Of a DNA stretch of 64,000 nt, positions 1 to 13,292 are shown piece by piece. Within the stretch, counting starts at the first letter, position 1. Each line of letters starts with the position of its first letter. Where the stretch lies: NCBI GenBank assembly GCA_046563655.1, contig CM102283.1, forward strand, positions 4,340,001 to 4,404,000. The letters run 5' to 3'. The position numbers and the translations under genes were made by a program. The DNA is from Yuukianura sp. NJ FZ-2021. Its lineage: Eukaryota. Under the pieces are notes generated by a model. That model saw only the letters and a program-made list of their open reading frames with translations, was not told the DNA's origin and did not search any database.

Positions 1-3000
1 GAACTAAACGGAATATTTGGTCATGTTATCAAGGTAAACTTTAAAATTTTGAAATCACTTTTAGGCAAAGCATTTGAAATGAAACAAATCACTTTTGAAT
101 TGGCAGATCATCACGATTACCAAGAGAATTCTGGAGTGTGTGTCCCATGGAGGGGGGCCTCTGGGGGAAGTACTGCTGCGCACGCACTCCGACCATGTAA
201 GTATTTATATAGCTACCCAGATGTAAGTATTCACTAAAATGAGAGGTCAAAGGTTATGTCAGCGTTAAACCTTGAGCGTATTGCATTTCCAGATGCCTGA
301 ACTCTTGGATGGATACAGTTCCTACGCAACGCATCTTGGAAGTTCTGCCACAATCTTGGCGGACAAGATGACCTTTCAACTTTTCGCCAAATTTGTACTG
401 GAGACTCCTGTTCCCAAAGGTCATTTGGACATGACCTCGCTTCTTTTTGCTCCTCTGGAGGTCAGTTTTTAATTAACCAACTTAAACTGAAGTCACTTAA
501 GCAATTGACACTTGAATCTCCCAAATCTAACCTGTTGTTCATAGCATCTGAGAAACCTGTGTGAGATATCTGAAGAGATTTTGCATTCCTCCCCCGAATG
601 GAGTCCAATCGCCCAGGAACTGAAGGTCACTTTCAAAAAACCTCAAAATTGTGCCAAATTCAAAAAGGTTTTTGGATTTTCATTTCAAAATTTTGATATT
701 AGGATTGTTACGGTGACATTGTTTGTGAAACGGACTTTATGGAGCCCATTTCTCACCTGAGCATGAAAAAGTCTCCGCTCCTATCCGTCAGACATCTCGA
801 AAAACGAATTGTCTCTACACGGTTTCAAGTCAGTTGACCTTTGACCTTACATTTTTTCTTAAATTTTTTAAAGTAACACTTTGAATTGGATTTCAGGAGT
901 TCAAAGTTTGTGAAAAGGGTCGTAAATGGTTATTTGGAAGTCGACTGTTTCGGAAGGAGAGTGACGGATCGTTTTCTGCCGTTTGGGCGTTTCTGTTTAC
1001 CGACATCCTCGTGCTGACTTCGCATCATACGACGCGTGACCGCGTCTTCTTCGTCAGAGACGCGCCGCTCAAGCTCCAGGACGTCACAACCCTCCATTTC
1101 AATGTACCTAAGAAACACGGTAATGATCAAAACGCTTTCTCACCTTCATTGTTCTCGCCTATCATCAATTGATTACAAATCAATCATAAATCATCTTCTA
1201 AACCACTTTTCTTATGAACTGATAACGAATTAACGCCATGTTTCAGAAAATGAATTCCGGTTGCTGTTTGGTCCGGAAGTGACTCCACCCCACTCCCGTC
1301 TCGATCGACTGCTAAAGAAAACGAAGAAGCCAAATCAGCTTATCCTTAGAACACCCAATAGTGAACTCAAAAACATTTGGAAACTGCTGCTCCAGAGACA
1401 AATGTGAGTCCAAAGTTTTTCACAAACTTAACAATTTTTTTTTCAAAAACTTTGAATATTAAATTTTGTGTTGAATAGCATCACACTGAACACCCGAATC
1501 TCAAAGTCATCGTCCTCGAATTTCTCCATTTCCGAATTCTGTGAAAAGTTTCCAGAGACTGTGCCTGTGGAAGACGAAAAGGAAGAAGTGAAATGTGAAG
1601 TTCAAGAAGAGGCACCGGATGCATCAGACAAATCAAGGATACCGTCCCAGGAAGAAGAGAGGCCAATTGATGAGCATGCGCATACCAGCGAAGCGAGTCC
1701 TGCGCATAGTACTGAAGAAATAGACGAGGTTGTGACAGTAGTGCCAAAAGACAAGAGTCCAGAGAAGGTTGTGGAAGGGGAGAAGGGGCCAGAGGGGGTT
1801 CGGAACAAGAAGAAGGTGGACCACAAGGACTCCCCCATGATCGGAGGAGGGAGTGAGGGACGGCGCAGACGCATTCTGGTAGACTACAAGGTCAGAGGTG
1901 ACTACCCCGAACTATTTGGAATCTCACCCAGAGACAGACGCTCTTTCATCAAGAGTCTGGGCCACAAAGTTGACCTGCGCACTGGAGACGAAGCTGAACT
2001 AGTGACTCCCTACTACTACATTTCTCCACACCCAAGTCCACTTCCTGCGCAGAAGCAGAAGCAACTGAGCAAGTGTGTGTCTGGAGGGAGGATGGGCCTG
2101 AAGGGGAGAGAAAGTCTGCAACTGTCTCCGCTGAATTTGGTTGTGGAAGAGCGGGAAAGAAGTCCAGAGGAATCGTCGTCGAATGACTCCGGGATCAGTG
2201 ATGAGCCTGTGCGCATGCGCTGGAGCAGTCGGCCTGCTGCGAATGTGATTGGTGGGCAAGCGGGAGTGGGTCGAAGGAGCGAGGTAACTACGACTTCCGC
2301 TTTACCCAGAGTCCTTGAGACCAAACAACCGGACACTCAAGGTACTTTCTCTTTCATCCCCCGCCCCTTTCCACCCTAACACATTTTCCAAACATTACGT
2401 CATCAAAAAATACCCGCCAATTTCGGGATCCACCGGATAGAAATTTGTAGCACATCATTAACGGACCTGTTAAAATAATATTTACTTTCCATTTTCACAA
2501 CTAGAAGAGTACTATTAATCTTCTTTTCTTTTCTGCTTTCTTTTCTTTTCGCTTGTTTTTTTTCAACATTGTTATTTATTTTGTCAGTTACTTGGAAAAT
2601 GAGTATTTCGATGGTTTTTAACTATTATTTTTGACAGATCTGACAATGATGTGCTAATTAATAAAGTAGAGGTAACGGAACTTACTTGAATTTGTGATGA
2701 CGTAGTGCATAAACAATAGATTCCACATTGACAAGGGTTGCGTGACATCTCGACATAAAAGTTTCCGCAATAACAATTCCTGAGTTTTCAACCAATACGA
2801 GATAGGCAACGCCCCAATTTCAGAATCAATGTTGCGTTTAAATTCAAGAACAAAATTGTCCATTATTTCGGATTTCATTCAAGATTTCATTACATCTGCA
2901 AAGATGTAATTGTTTGAGTGGTGAAAAAATCTGTTTCAATGAAAAAGTGATTTTACTATTATAGGTTAGGCGAGGGGAAAGTTAGTTCAGAGGGAGAGAA

Positions 3001-4926
3001 AGATTCATGGGTTTGAGCAGAATTATTTATGGGTTGTGAGGGAGCAGCAGTATCTCAGTCCAAGCTAATCGACGCGGAGAAAGCTACCAATCCAATCTTC
3101 AATTTTCTTTAAACCACCAATATATTTTCACAACTTTCTAAGGAATACCTATACATAACAAGAATAAAGAAACTGACACTTTCGTAAAACAAAAATTAAA
3201 CGCGTAAGCGCGAGATTTATATTTCAAATAAATATTCAACCACACAAACTGATAGTAATAACGCAAATTTAAAAAAACTGACCGCTTACAAATTTTTTTT
3301 TCAAATTGTAATATTTTGCGCGTTCTGTTCTCTACTAGTATTTTTCTGCCAATGTGACAAGCTTTGTGTTTTTGTTGTATTGACAGGGCAAATGGCGAGA
3401 TCTGTGGGGGTAGGGAAAGCAGACAAGTCGACGGAAACGGACGACGCACCACAAATCCTCACGCCCATCCAAATCCGTCTTCTCAACAATCAACGTCGTC
3501 GTGCTTTTTTTAGTCAATGCCAAACTACGTCTGCGCAGCCGCCAAAAACAACCGCCACAGAGGCCCTTATCGTCAAAATCTTCACCAACGAGCCCCTCCA
3601 TGTCACGACGCCCCCAAAAAACTCCCCTCGTCAAAGTGACGCAGACACTCGGAAACGCAAAAGCGTCGGAATAGAGTATGCTCTGCTGGAGCAAGAAAAA
3701 GTGGCGCAGTTGGAACGCGTCGAATCGTCAGACGACTCCACCTCCTCCGACGCAGCATCCGCCTCCCCCGCCAGCAATGAAAACGGAACCACCGATCCAT
3801 CTTGGTCATCATCGTCCTCGTCACTCTGCAAGGAGGAATCTCTGCGTAGTACGTCTTCTTCATTGAAACTGAGCTGTGGCCCCACCCAGCATCCGCCTCA
3901 CCCCCAGATCCTCATCACAAAAGAATCTCCTACTTCGGGCGGAGAGGAAGGTGGAAGTGACAGCCACCCGCAAACGTTTGAAGACGAGGCAGAGGAGTAC
4001 TTTGAGGACGAAGATGACTTCTCGAGCGCCAGCCATGCAACGATGACTCGTTATGGGACTTATGAGAGCTTGGAGAAACTGGAGAACGAAGACACACTGT
4101 CGGGTCTCCCCGACTTTTGCCGAGCGATGCCGAGGTCACGAGCGAGATTTGCATTTGATGATGAAGAAGATGAGGACTTGGAAGGAGACTGCGCTTTGGA
4201 AGAAGAAGATCTGTTCGAAGAGGACTTTGAGTCGGACTTTAACTTCCGATTTCCCACTCAAGTACCAGACAACAGCTACAGCAAGTCCAGTTAACTTATC
4301 TATAAATTGAAAAGTTAATTAAAATTAATTTCCTAAAAATTTAATGTTTCGATATGTTGTAAAAGGTGTGTCCAGACTTGGTCCACTTCCGCCTCTGCTG
4401 GAAGAAGACTACGAGGACGAAATGTATGAAGAGAGCAAGGGAGTGAGCGCAGGTTCTCCACAGGCAGGAACAAGTGATGGATCTTCTCAAGATCATGCGT
4501 CCTGCAGCACTCCATCCAGAAGGCAACAAGCCGTAAGCTTCAATTCGTCAGTAATATATCGCTTTCTAAGAAAAAACCAATCAATGTATATTATTATAAT
4601 ATAATACATTATAATAAATAATATAATAAGTTTACTTAATTTTGCTCAAGGGTCTGATGGGTGAGAATAGATTTCTGCTGAGTCGGATCGCAACAATTTA
4701 CGCCCGGAGCTCCATCTCCCCGCTCAAAATCTTCAGAGACCTGTGGCTCAAGAAGCGGTACAATTAATTAATTAATTAATGTTGGATTACTTAATTCAAC
4801 TTAATCTATAAAGTCATTTCTGTTCTTACAGTTATCGAGAGTGGGGTGGGTACAAAGAATGACGGCGGGTGCATGAAGCGGTGGAGACGGCGGAATCCCA
4901 AGTTGGGTGGGGCTGAAGCTTCTTAG
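1..4926 (+). CDS. RhoGEF-like (DH-PH) protein, 3' part, multi-exon, with long disordered acidic C-terminus
   Basis: Spliced exons read by hand give ...MPELLDGYSSYATHL...LDMTSLLFAPLE|HLRNLCEISEEILHSSPEWSP (degenerate DH C-terminal motif). This is followed by ...VWAFLFTDILVLT...LILRTPNSELKNIWKLLLQRQI (PH domain). Large low-complexity exons lie at ~1479-2341 and ~3387-4289, and the last exon ends GGAEAS* at 4926. The start lies upstream of the window. Confidence 0.7.
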
Positions 4927-5100
4927 TCGTCCGAAATTCGATAGAACAACTAGTCAAACCCCCTTTGAAGCTCCATTAAAAACATAACGAGTCCGCACCA
5001 ATTTGTAAAAAACAGCAGTTTATTTCATTTTGTTTTTACCTAAAAATGTTCTGAAAAATGGACATCACCGAAACGCAATAGATGAACGTTATCTGAAACG

Positions 5101-8100
5101 TTAAATATGTTGTTTGTACTGAGTGAGTGAGGGTGTGGGGAGTTTTTGCTGCCCCTTGGGGAACGTTGTCTCGCCGTGCTCCCGAAGGTGCTTGATGAGA
5201 GCTCGAAAGGTGTCAAAAGACAGTTCGCAATCCGAGTACTTGCAGACGTAGGTAGCATTTGGGGAGTTTGTGCCATGAACAGCATGCTCTGAAATTAAAA
5301 AAGGCGGGTTGTAAATTGTTTACAACAGTTTTGAAATTTTACTCAAACTTAGTCAATTTTTCCTATTAGAATTTACCATGAGTTTCTCGTTGTCGCTGTT
5401 CATCAAATTGTTCGAAGCAGAGACGACACGTCCAGGAAGCAGTGGACCCTTCACTTGGCTTTTTGTTCACAAGTGATGGCGAGTACGTTTTCTCTTTCTC
5501 TGAAACAATTTTCTTAGGAAGTTCTTGCTTCTTGTCATCAATGATTTTCTTAGGATCAGCCTCAAAATAGGAATTCAAACCGTGGATTTTGCGAAGGTGG
5601 TTTCTTAGGCTCCGCAGAGTCATCACTTTCTGGCATACTTTGCACGGAAAGTGACTGTCAATTGCATCCTTTGTCTCGTGAACATCGTACTCTAGAAACA
5701 TAAAAGTGAAACATTCAATTCATAAGCACACGATAGTACACGCACAGAATAGGACAGAGAATGAGTGAGTACATGACGTTAATACATAACATTAGTAACT
5801 TAATTAATAGTTAAAATACTTTTATGCTTACCATGGACAACTCTGGTATGCTGCTCAGCGAACGTAAGGTCACAGTGTCTACAAGGAAATACGAATGTTC
5901 CGCTGTTGTTTTCTTTCGTAAGTTTGGGTGGTATCAGAGAAGCAATTTTCTCCTTTCCCTTCCCGTGAGTTCTGTCCATGTGAATGAGCAAAGCACTGAA
6001 TTTACCAACTTCTTTGGAACAGAATCTGCAACTGAATTCAGATGTGGGGTTCCCAGTGTCATGCAATCTGTCCTCATGTGCTGCTCGATCTTGCTCTTCC
6101 ACAAATCCCTGAAAACAAAACAAAGACACTAACACTATAGCAATTCTGGATTGGTATTGCTGAAACCTCAATTACAACGCGTCTCCGGATTTAATTAGAA
6201 CTTATTCATACCTGGCCACAGAGTCGGCACTCCCATAAATCTTCATCCTCATCTGAAACCTCCATTTGTTCAGAATCACAAAGAGTATGTTCTGTTTCGT
6301 TTTCCTGCACAGTTTCTCCGTTAAGTGCTTTTGAAAGTGCCTGCAAATCTTCCTCAGATTCCATTTCCAGGCCCTGGTTGATCCTCTCACGATGTTCTCG
6401 GATGTGTCGGGCCAGCCAGTTCTTTGCACCGAGGATCTTCCTACAATCGGAGTACTTGCACTGCAATACAGTTCCGGGAGTATTGATGGCATGCACTGCA
6501 CTCTCATGTGAGTTTCTCTCCGCAATCGAAGACAAAAATTGGAAGCACATTCGACACTCGACAGAACCATCCTCCAGGGACGACGTTTGCTCTGTAACGG
6601 GTTCTGCTTCCTCAGGCACATCTCCGTCCTCATCTACAACATGATTTGATCCATTCACATTCACTGGAACAGGAGCATCTAATTTGGGCTCCGCAGGAAC
6701 AGGAACTTGCGCTTGGGATTGATTCTGAAGAGCTTTAGCAGCTTCCAACAGTCTCTCGGCCCCATGTTTGTCTTTGTAATGTTGGATGAGGAGTTTGAGT
6801 GTAGGACACACCTCACGACAAGCAATGTAACGACAGCGAAGAATGAACTTGGTCTGGGGAGCTGCATGAACTCGTCTCTCATGTTCCACACGACTGGCCT
6901 CATTTCCAACTAAAAGTATAATGTCAAGCATACAAAAGTTAAATACAAACACAGGAACTTAGCAGATGAAGATGTAAAAATAACATTACTCGGATTCATT
7001 CCCTTACATATTTGGGGACAGACTCTACACTTTTTCCTCGTAAAGGACACCCTATCTTCCGGGAGTTTGAAGTGAGAGTCTTCGTGTTGCTTGAGAAGGA
7101 TAGCGTCTTGAAAGCGACGTGGACATCCGGAACATTTGAACGGCATGAACTCTGGAGAAATAAATTAGCAAAATAAGCTACTAAAAAATTAGTATGTACA
7201 ATTTCGTTAATTATTTGCATGCTCGCCTTCGTGGGTCATCATGTGCCTCCTGAGAGCGATTACGACACTGAAGTCTTGGCTACAAATTTCGCAGGAAAAG
7301 GCATTACCCCCATCTTGATGGTTGATGAGATGCTGGCGGAAGTGGTCAGAACGTCGAAATTGTTTGAGGCACTGGGGGCATGTGTACCGCTGACGCCTAG
7401 GTTGTTGGGATGGAGCACTGTTGGTTTGATTTGATGCACCATTGACAACGAAGTGACTCGATTCTGGCGGTGCTATATTAATGTCAGTGTCGCTGCTGGT
7501 GTCAACTTCAATGTCATTGGAAGTGTCCTCTTCAGACTCCACTTCAGTGCCATTTACAGTAATACTTATATCTTGAAATTGAGGCTCGAATACTGGAGAT
7601 TGTAGTGTGAGAAATCGACGCGGCCACTTCCTTCCACTTCTAGCTGCTTTCGGATCCCCGAAACAAGTTTGTGCGGAAGAGGAATTTTCATCACTCTTGG
7701 CATAATCTCCTAAAAAACAGAAATGAACCGTGAAACGAATGAGTACTCAGACAATCACAAACTATAACGACATAATGGATATTGTAAATATTGTTTAACT
7801 GATTACTTTTCGCAAGGTGTTTTGCTTGGTACGGAAACACTAGAGCTCATATGATCAAAGTGGTATTCGTACCTGATTTGTGTGTTTCCAAGTGTGAAAA
7901 AAGATTATTGATGTCTATGAAATCACGTCCACAAAGTTGGCAAGTGTAATCCATGTGAAAACTCTCTTCACTGTCTTGTGCATCAGACAAATCATTGTTA
8001 TCCATTGGTTGGTAGTCATCCTCTTCTTCAGCAATAGGACTATTCATTGCTCTGTCATGAACGTTTCCGTTGCCAACGTCTGTATGCTCATCCATTTCTT

Positions 8101-8518
8101 CTTCTGTTTCCCCGCTGCTTTCCTCGTCATTTTCATCCGAGTCCTCATCGAGATTACTTTCTACACCTGTATTGAGAATGAGTATAGCTGTTTAGTCAAA
8201 GGAATTAAATTAAATTCAAAATTTTATGTCCTCAACTTATTCCTTTACATTTAGTTCAGAGACTTCAACTCAGAACTCACTAAATAGTACAAATATGGTA
8301 ACTGCATAAAGTATCCAATTTTTCAAAGGAGGAAATGATCCTTCCTAATTCAATCCAACTAACTAAGTGTACCTTCGAGACAAACTGTCCCCGCCGTTAA
8401 GCGCACCCGAGTGTAGTGGCGAATGTTACAGTTACATTCATTTGGAACCAAGGAGGATTCGATTGACTAAGAAAATTGACTTACTTGGACAAACGTCTTC
8501 GTGCTCATCCACTTCCAT
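5101..8518 (-). CDS. multi-C2H2 zinc-finger protein, multi-exon
   Basis: Numerous C2H2 motifs occur in consecutive minus-strand exons (CPQCLKQFRRSDHFRQHLINH, CEICSQDFSVVIALRRHMMTH, CSGCPRRFQDAILLKQHEDSH, CRFCSKEVGKFSALLIHMDRTH). The likely ATG is at 8518 (MEVDEHEDVCP|gtaagt) and the last exon ends YKQHI* at 5101. Confidence 0.85.
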
Positions 8519-9432
8519 TATGGCTGTTGGCAATTAATTCAAAGTAGTAATCGGAACTCGGAAGCACAACTTCATGTTCATTCTTTGTATTACTGATTAT
8601 GCTGATTCGCCTTCGTCAACAACAGAACGGAGTGGAGGGCAATTTAGAAAGTTTTTAAAATTAAACACAATTCGGACGTGGGCCCTCTCTTTATTTTGCC
8701 ACTTATTGCTGTTTGAAGTTTGACCTACTATTCCACTGATTCCTCCGAAATGCCAATAATGATATACCTTAGGTGAGTCGCAGATGCTGCGAAGTCGCAA
8801 AACTGACGAGGGAACACTCCAAGGAAGGAGTGCGTCAACTTTTCAAATTTAAAAAATACAATCGGGATATAAGGGAAATATAAAAAACATTTCTAACTTA
8901 GAGGAGTGCTTTTAAGTACAAAAATTAATTTTAAAATCTAAAAAAAATTATTTAATACCTTGTTTGTAAGCTTTTTTAAGGAAAGAGTTATTTAAATGTA
9001 TTATATTTAAACAACTCTTTCCTTTAAAAAACAATAATTCATAGTGAAAGTCGTTGATACCCCTCCACACAGGGGGTGCAGGCTATTTTGAAAAAAATGG
9101 ACGTCAAAATGTAAGCGGTAATAAAAATTAAGAATTCGAAAAGGAAGAAATCCCATTACCTTTAATTTCACACCAACTCATTTCTTCATTACCACACAGT
9201 TACATTCCCAGATTCCAGAAAACCACATTTCCTTATTATCTTATCACACAATCGTATTGCCATGCTTCCGCCGACCTATAGTATTGAGCCAAGGAATTTC
9301 AAAAAAGTAATTTCTCAGCCTTTGTTTTATTTAAGAATTGATATTAATGCATTTTGAACAACTAAACTGGCATGAATTATAACTTTTGAACTACCGAGTC
9401 CTTACTGAACGTTATTTTGAGTTACAAAATTT

Positions 9433-9624
9433 CTACCCACTTCGCGGAACGCATTTACACTTTGGACGTTTCCGAGATCCAAGGTTGGTGCAATATCCTC
9501 CAGATTTGTAACAATTTCCGTCATTGCAGCCACCAATCCCAGCGTAGCATGAATCCGCTGGAGTGGCCAGCACAAGTACAGCAAATAGCAACAAAATTCC
9601 CAGGCCCACTGTTTTGAACTGCAT
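9433..9624 (-). CDS. small secreted cationic 6-Cys defensin/knottin-like peptide
   Basis: ORF MQFKTVGLGILLLFAVLVLATPADS-CYAGIGGCNDGNCYKSGGYCTNLGSRKRPKCKCVPRSG has a signal peptide and six Cys ending in CxC. A splice acceptor lies just before the ATG, with a candidate 5'UTR donor at ~10808 and a TATA-like TATAAA at ~10880. Confidence 0.7.
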   Translation of the reverse strand: MQFKTVGLGILLLFAVLVLATPADSCYAGIGGCNDGNCYKSGGYCTNLGSRKRPKCKCVPRSG

Positions 9625-9709
9625 CTCCTACAATCTCAAAAATTCATTTAATTACAACGCTGGACTGTGTGCAATATTGTGTTAAATTCGTAATCGTAAG
9701 CCAAAAAGT

Positions 9710-10374
9710 GGTTGAGGTAAGGTTTAACGATCGTCATTGTAGCCGCACAGTGTAGCCGCCGGCGGCCATCTTGGGTGGCTACGCCAGAGCGGCAACATTT
9801 GTAGCCGCCTGTGAGAAAATTTCCCTTGTTGCCACTCTACTGTAGCCGCATATGCGAAATAACGCTAGCAACAATGTTTTAGAATTTTGCCAGTCAACGT
9901 AAACGAAAACCTCGAATCTAATTACTATTGTCAAGTGCTAACCTAACCTAACGCCGCGCCTTCCACGCGGGAAAGTAAAAGTTAATTCTCTAAATGAAAC
10001 AACAACAAAATAATTAGATTGGCAACCTTTACTTTTTGATTCAGGAAATCCAAAATCCTGTTATATTTTCCCGCGCCGAAGGCGCGGAGTTAGGTTTTTT
10101 AAAGTTCGCAATACTGATTGCGTGTTTAGGTTATGTTGTTTAATGTTCGCAGTACTGATTGCGTCTATAGGTTAGGTTATCTTAAATTGTTAAGCAGTGT
10201 TGCCGGTATTATTTAGCATGTGCGGCTACAATATGGTGGCTACAAGGCAAAATTTTCCACGGGCGGCTACAAATGTTGCCGCACAAGTGTAGCCACCCAT
10301 TGTAGCCACCCAAGATGGCCGCCGGCGGCTACACTGTGCGGCTACAATGACGATCGTTAAACCTTACCTCAACC
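9710..10374. mobile_element. MITE with long TIRs, GG...CC termini and 8-bp TSD (Merlin-like)
   Basis: Perfect ~73-bp TIR GGTTGAGGTAAGGTTTAACGATCGTCATTGTAGCC.... TSD CAAAAAGT at 9702-9709 and 10375-10382. Internal TAACC/TTAGG runs. Confidence 0.9.
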
Positions 10375-10988
10375 CAAAAAGTTAATTCAAGATACATAGG
10401 TAGAACATATAGGCTTTACCTCTTGAAATTTTGAAGTGTTTGGACGGACAGCTTCTACGTGACTGATTTTAAGTTCTGCTTTCCTCAACTGCTTTTCCAA
10501 GTCTGAGCAAGGTACTTTAACAAACGTTTCTTTTATAGCAGTATTGGCGACGTATTCCGGGATTAGTAGATCGTTCGTCGCAGTGATTCTTCGAAGTGAT
10601 GCTGTTCCTGATTCTGATGCAATGTTGCTGGATGGATAAAAGTAAACTGGATTAATTACCACTTCCAGTAAATATCCACTGGGAGAAACAAGCGTCATCT
10701 CATCTCTCATCTTTCAGAATAATTTGAAAGATGCAAGAAGCTCCATATTTTTGATAATTTTGGCTTGGAATTATTGGATTTAACATTAAGACGCACCGAA
10801 TTACTTACAGTTAATCACGTATGTTAATGTTTTGCTGGTAATATATCAATATTCGAGGTTAATTATTTAAAATGCTTCTTTATAATCCTATTCAATTTTG
10901 TATGCCTGCCCTGTTCAATTACTATCTCAACCTCTCAACACGATTTCATTTCGGTTTTGAACAATCAACACATTAAACTTATAACATA

Positions 10989-11222
10989 CAGTCGAGTTTC
11001 CCTTTTATTCCATTTGCCAAATACAAAACAAATTGCAATTGGACTACACTGGGGTTAGAAAATTACGTGAGTCTGAAGTCAAATTGTCATTGGCAATTCC
11101 CCAATTTGCCATTTGGCGTTTCATGTTGCCAGTTCACCGCCAATGTACGGGTGCGAGTTTTGTACTTCTCAATTGTATTTTGTTTTGTATTTGGCAAATG
11201 GAATAAAAGGGAAACTCGACTG
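10989..11222. mobile_element. Tc1/mariner-type MITE
   Basis: ~50-bp TIR CAGTCGAGTTTCCCTTTTATTCCATTTGCCAAATACAAAACAAA, flanked by TA on both sides. Confidence 0.85.
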
Positions 11223-13292
11223 TATATACATTCAAGTCACAAGTAATAAGAGAAATGGTTGACACTTGACGATTACTCAAGCTTCTCATATCCCGAAAGC
11301 TATTCAGCTTAATTTTTTTCACTAAAATAATTAATTTGGTGGAATTTACAATAACGCAAAGTCCCTAACTAAACTTTACTCTACTTTAGTTTTAATCCTT
11401 ATTTATAAGTTACGCCCATGTTGGGTTTAAAATTCTCACGCCTAGTTTCATCTACTTTTTGTCATCCAATTTGTCCACATTCATCCACATTTTATCCAGC
11501 CATGGACGAAACTCAAAAAAAGGTGGATTTCCGGCAACATTGTTCTTAGTCAGAAATTAAACAGTAGCGGATAAGCTATTTGATGAAGAAATTAAATTCC
11601 GCATGTGAAGCTGATTTTCCTGGAAGCAGAGCTGTTTGTCAATAATTTTGTTAAATTTATTCTGTAAACTGTTTTCTCTTTTCTTGCAAAGTCATGAGCT
11701 ATCACTAGGCAATCGAATCGACAGATAACGGCAAAAATTATCTGGATTCTAACAGTTTGTCAGGGATAACTAAAAGTTCAATGACTGCAACACAGAATGA
11801 CACTTCAGTTTTATTTTGAAATTTTTTCACGGGATATTTTTTATTTTTTTTGAAAAACATGATGTTGAGTATGCCGCAGAAAACTGGTTTTAACAACAGC
11901 TTTTGTTTGCCAATCCAGCACATTTCCGTAACAGTGCATCGTCACGGTTTGAATTCTAGGCAGAGAGAGTTTTCGTTTTCGACCGCCAAACAATAACACT
12001 AAATTTTATTTTTCAATTTTTGCACGGGATATTTTTTTTTTTTTTGAAAAACCGCTTAGCATGCGTGGTGTTGAGTTTGCTGGAGAAAAATGCCTACAAC
12101 AGCGGATTTTGTTTGAAGATCCTGCACATTTTCGTAAATTAGTCGGGGTCAGAACGCCTTCTCTCCTTGAATTTGAAATCATCCTATAAGTCAAATGTCG
12201 AATAATAGCTGCACTAAATCTCTGATTCGACCTCGGTTCGTAAAAAAGAAAATAGTTTTTTCTTCAACAGGTTAGGCAATAACTCGAAGTTTTTAAATTT
12301 TGTTAAAAAACTGGGAAAACTTGCTCCACCGTACTTTCCTATGGCAACGATTTATATGTGATCAAATGGGATTGGCGGAAAAAAAATGTTCGGGACGCGA
12401 TTTTTGAAAACAGGACTTATTTCCTAACCTCTTGAACAATTCCGTTGCTGTAGGAACCTTGGATTCGACGGACTTAATGGATCTCGTCTGTGAATTATTA
12501 CTAGCCTAGGTCAGATCTTACTAAACAAAGAAAGAAGGAACGAACGAAAGTCGCGGTACACGCCATAATGCCACTGTTAAATTAATGGGAAAGTGCAAAT
12601 TGTGTCACTATGCTAATTCAACCAATGCATCTCTCCAGAACGCCAGTGGCGTTGTGTTATTTACGCGACAACTGTAGGAAGAAACTTGTGTACAAAGTTG
12701 AGAATTGATTGAAAAGTGTGTCGGGAAAATAAGTTCATAACATTTCAGATCCAGTTTATTGGTCACTATATTCGACAAGACATTATTTGAATTTTGTACA
12801 AGGAGCAATTATAACAGCATCACTCTGAGGAAAACGAAACTTCATAATTGTTTATATAAAAAGTACACAACTACTAAAAGGAGTGCTTCTACAAGGTGAA
12901 GAAGCAAAACTGGAATTGTGCAATTGAAGCGCGAGGTTGCAATAATAGTATACGTACTGCCGGATTTCAAAGCCCGTAAACTGAATCCTTGCAGTTGCAC
13001 TCTCAAGTGGCAACCGATGTTGAGCATCAATCAAGTAAGACTGAGACTCAGTGTTTTTTTTTTTACCGAAGTGGACGTTTTGTTTGGAAATTGATTCCTT
13101 TTTAAAAGTTTATCTAACGAAGAATCGTACCAAAAACGTTCACTATGAAAAATGATGTATGATTCACTTATTGGGCAACTCCAGTTGACGAGGGCGGGTT
13201 CTACTTATTAGTTTCACACACTACTACGTCGCCTTATTATTTTAAAGATTCGCTGGCTTGCCCATGTTGAATTCCCCCTGTTCCTGGAATAC

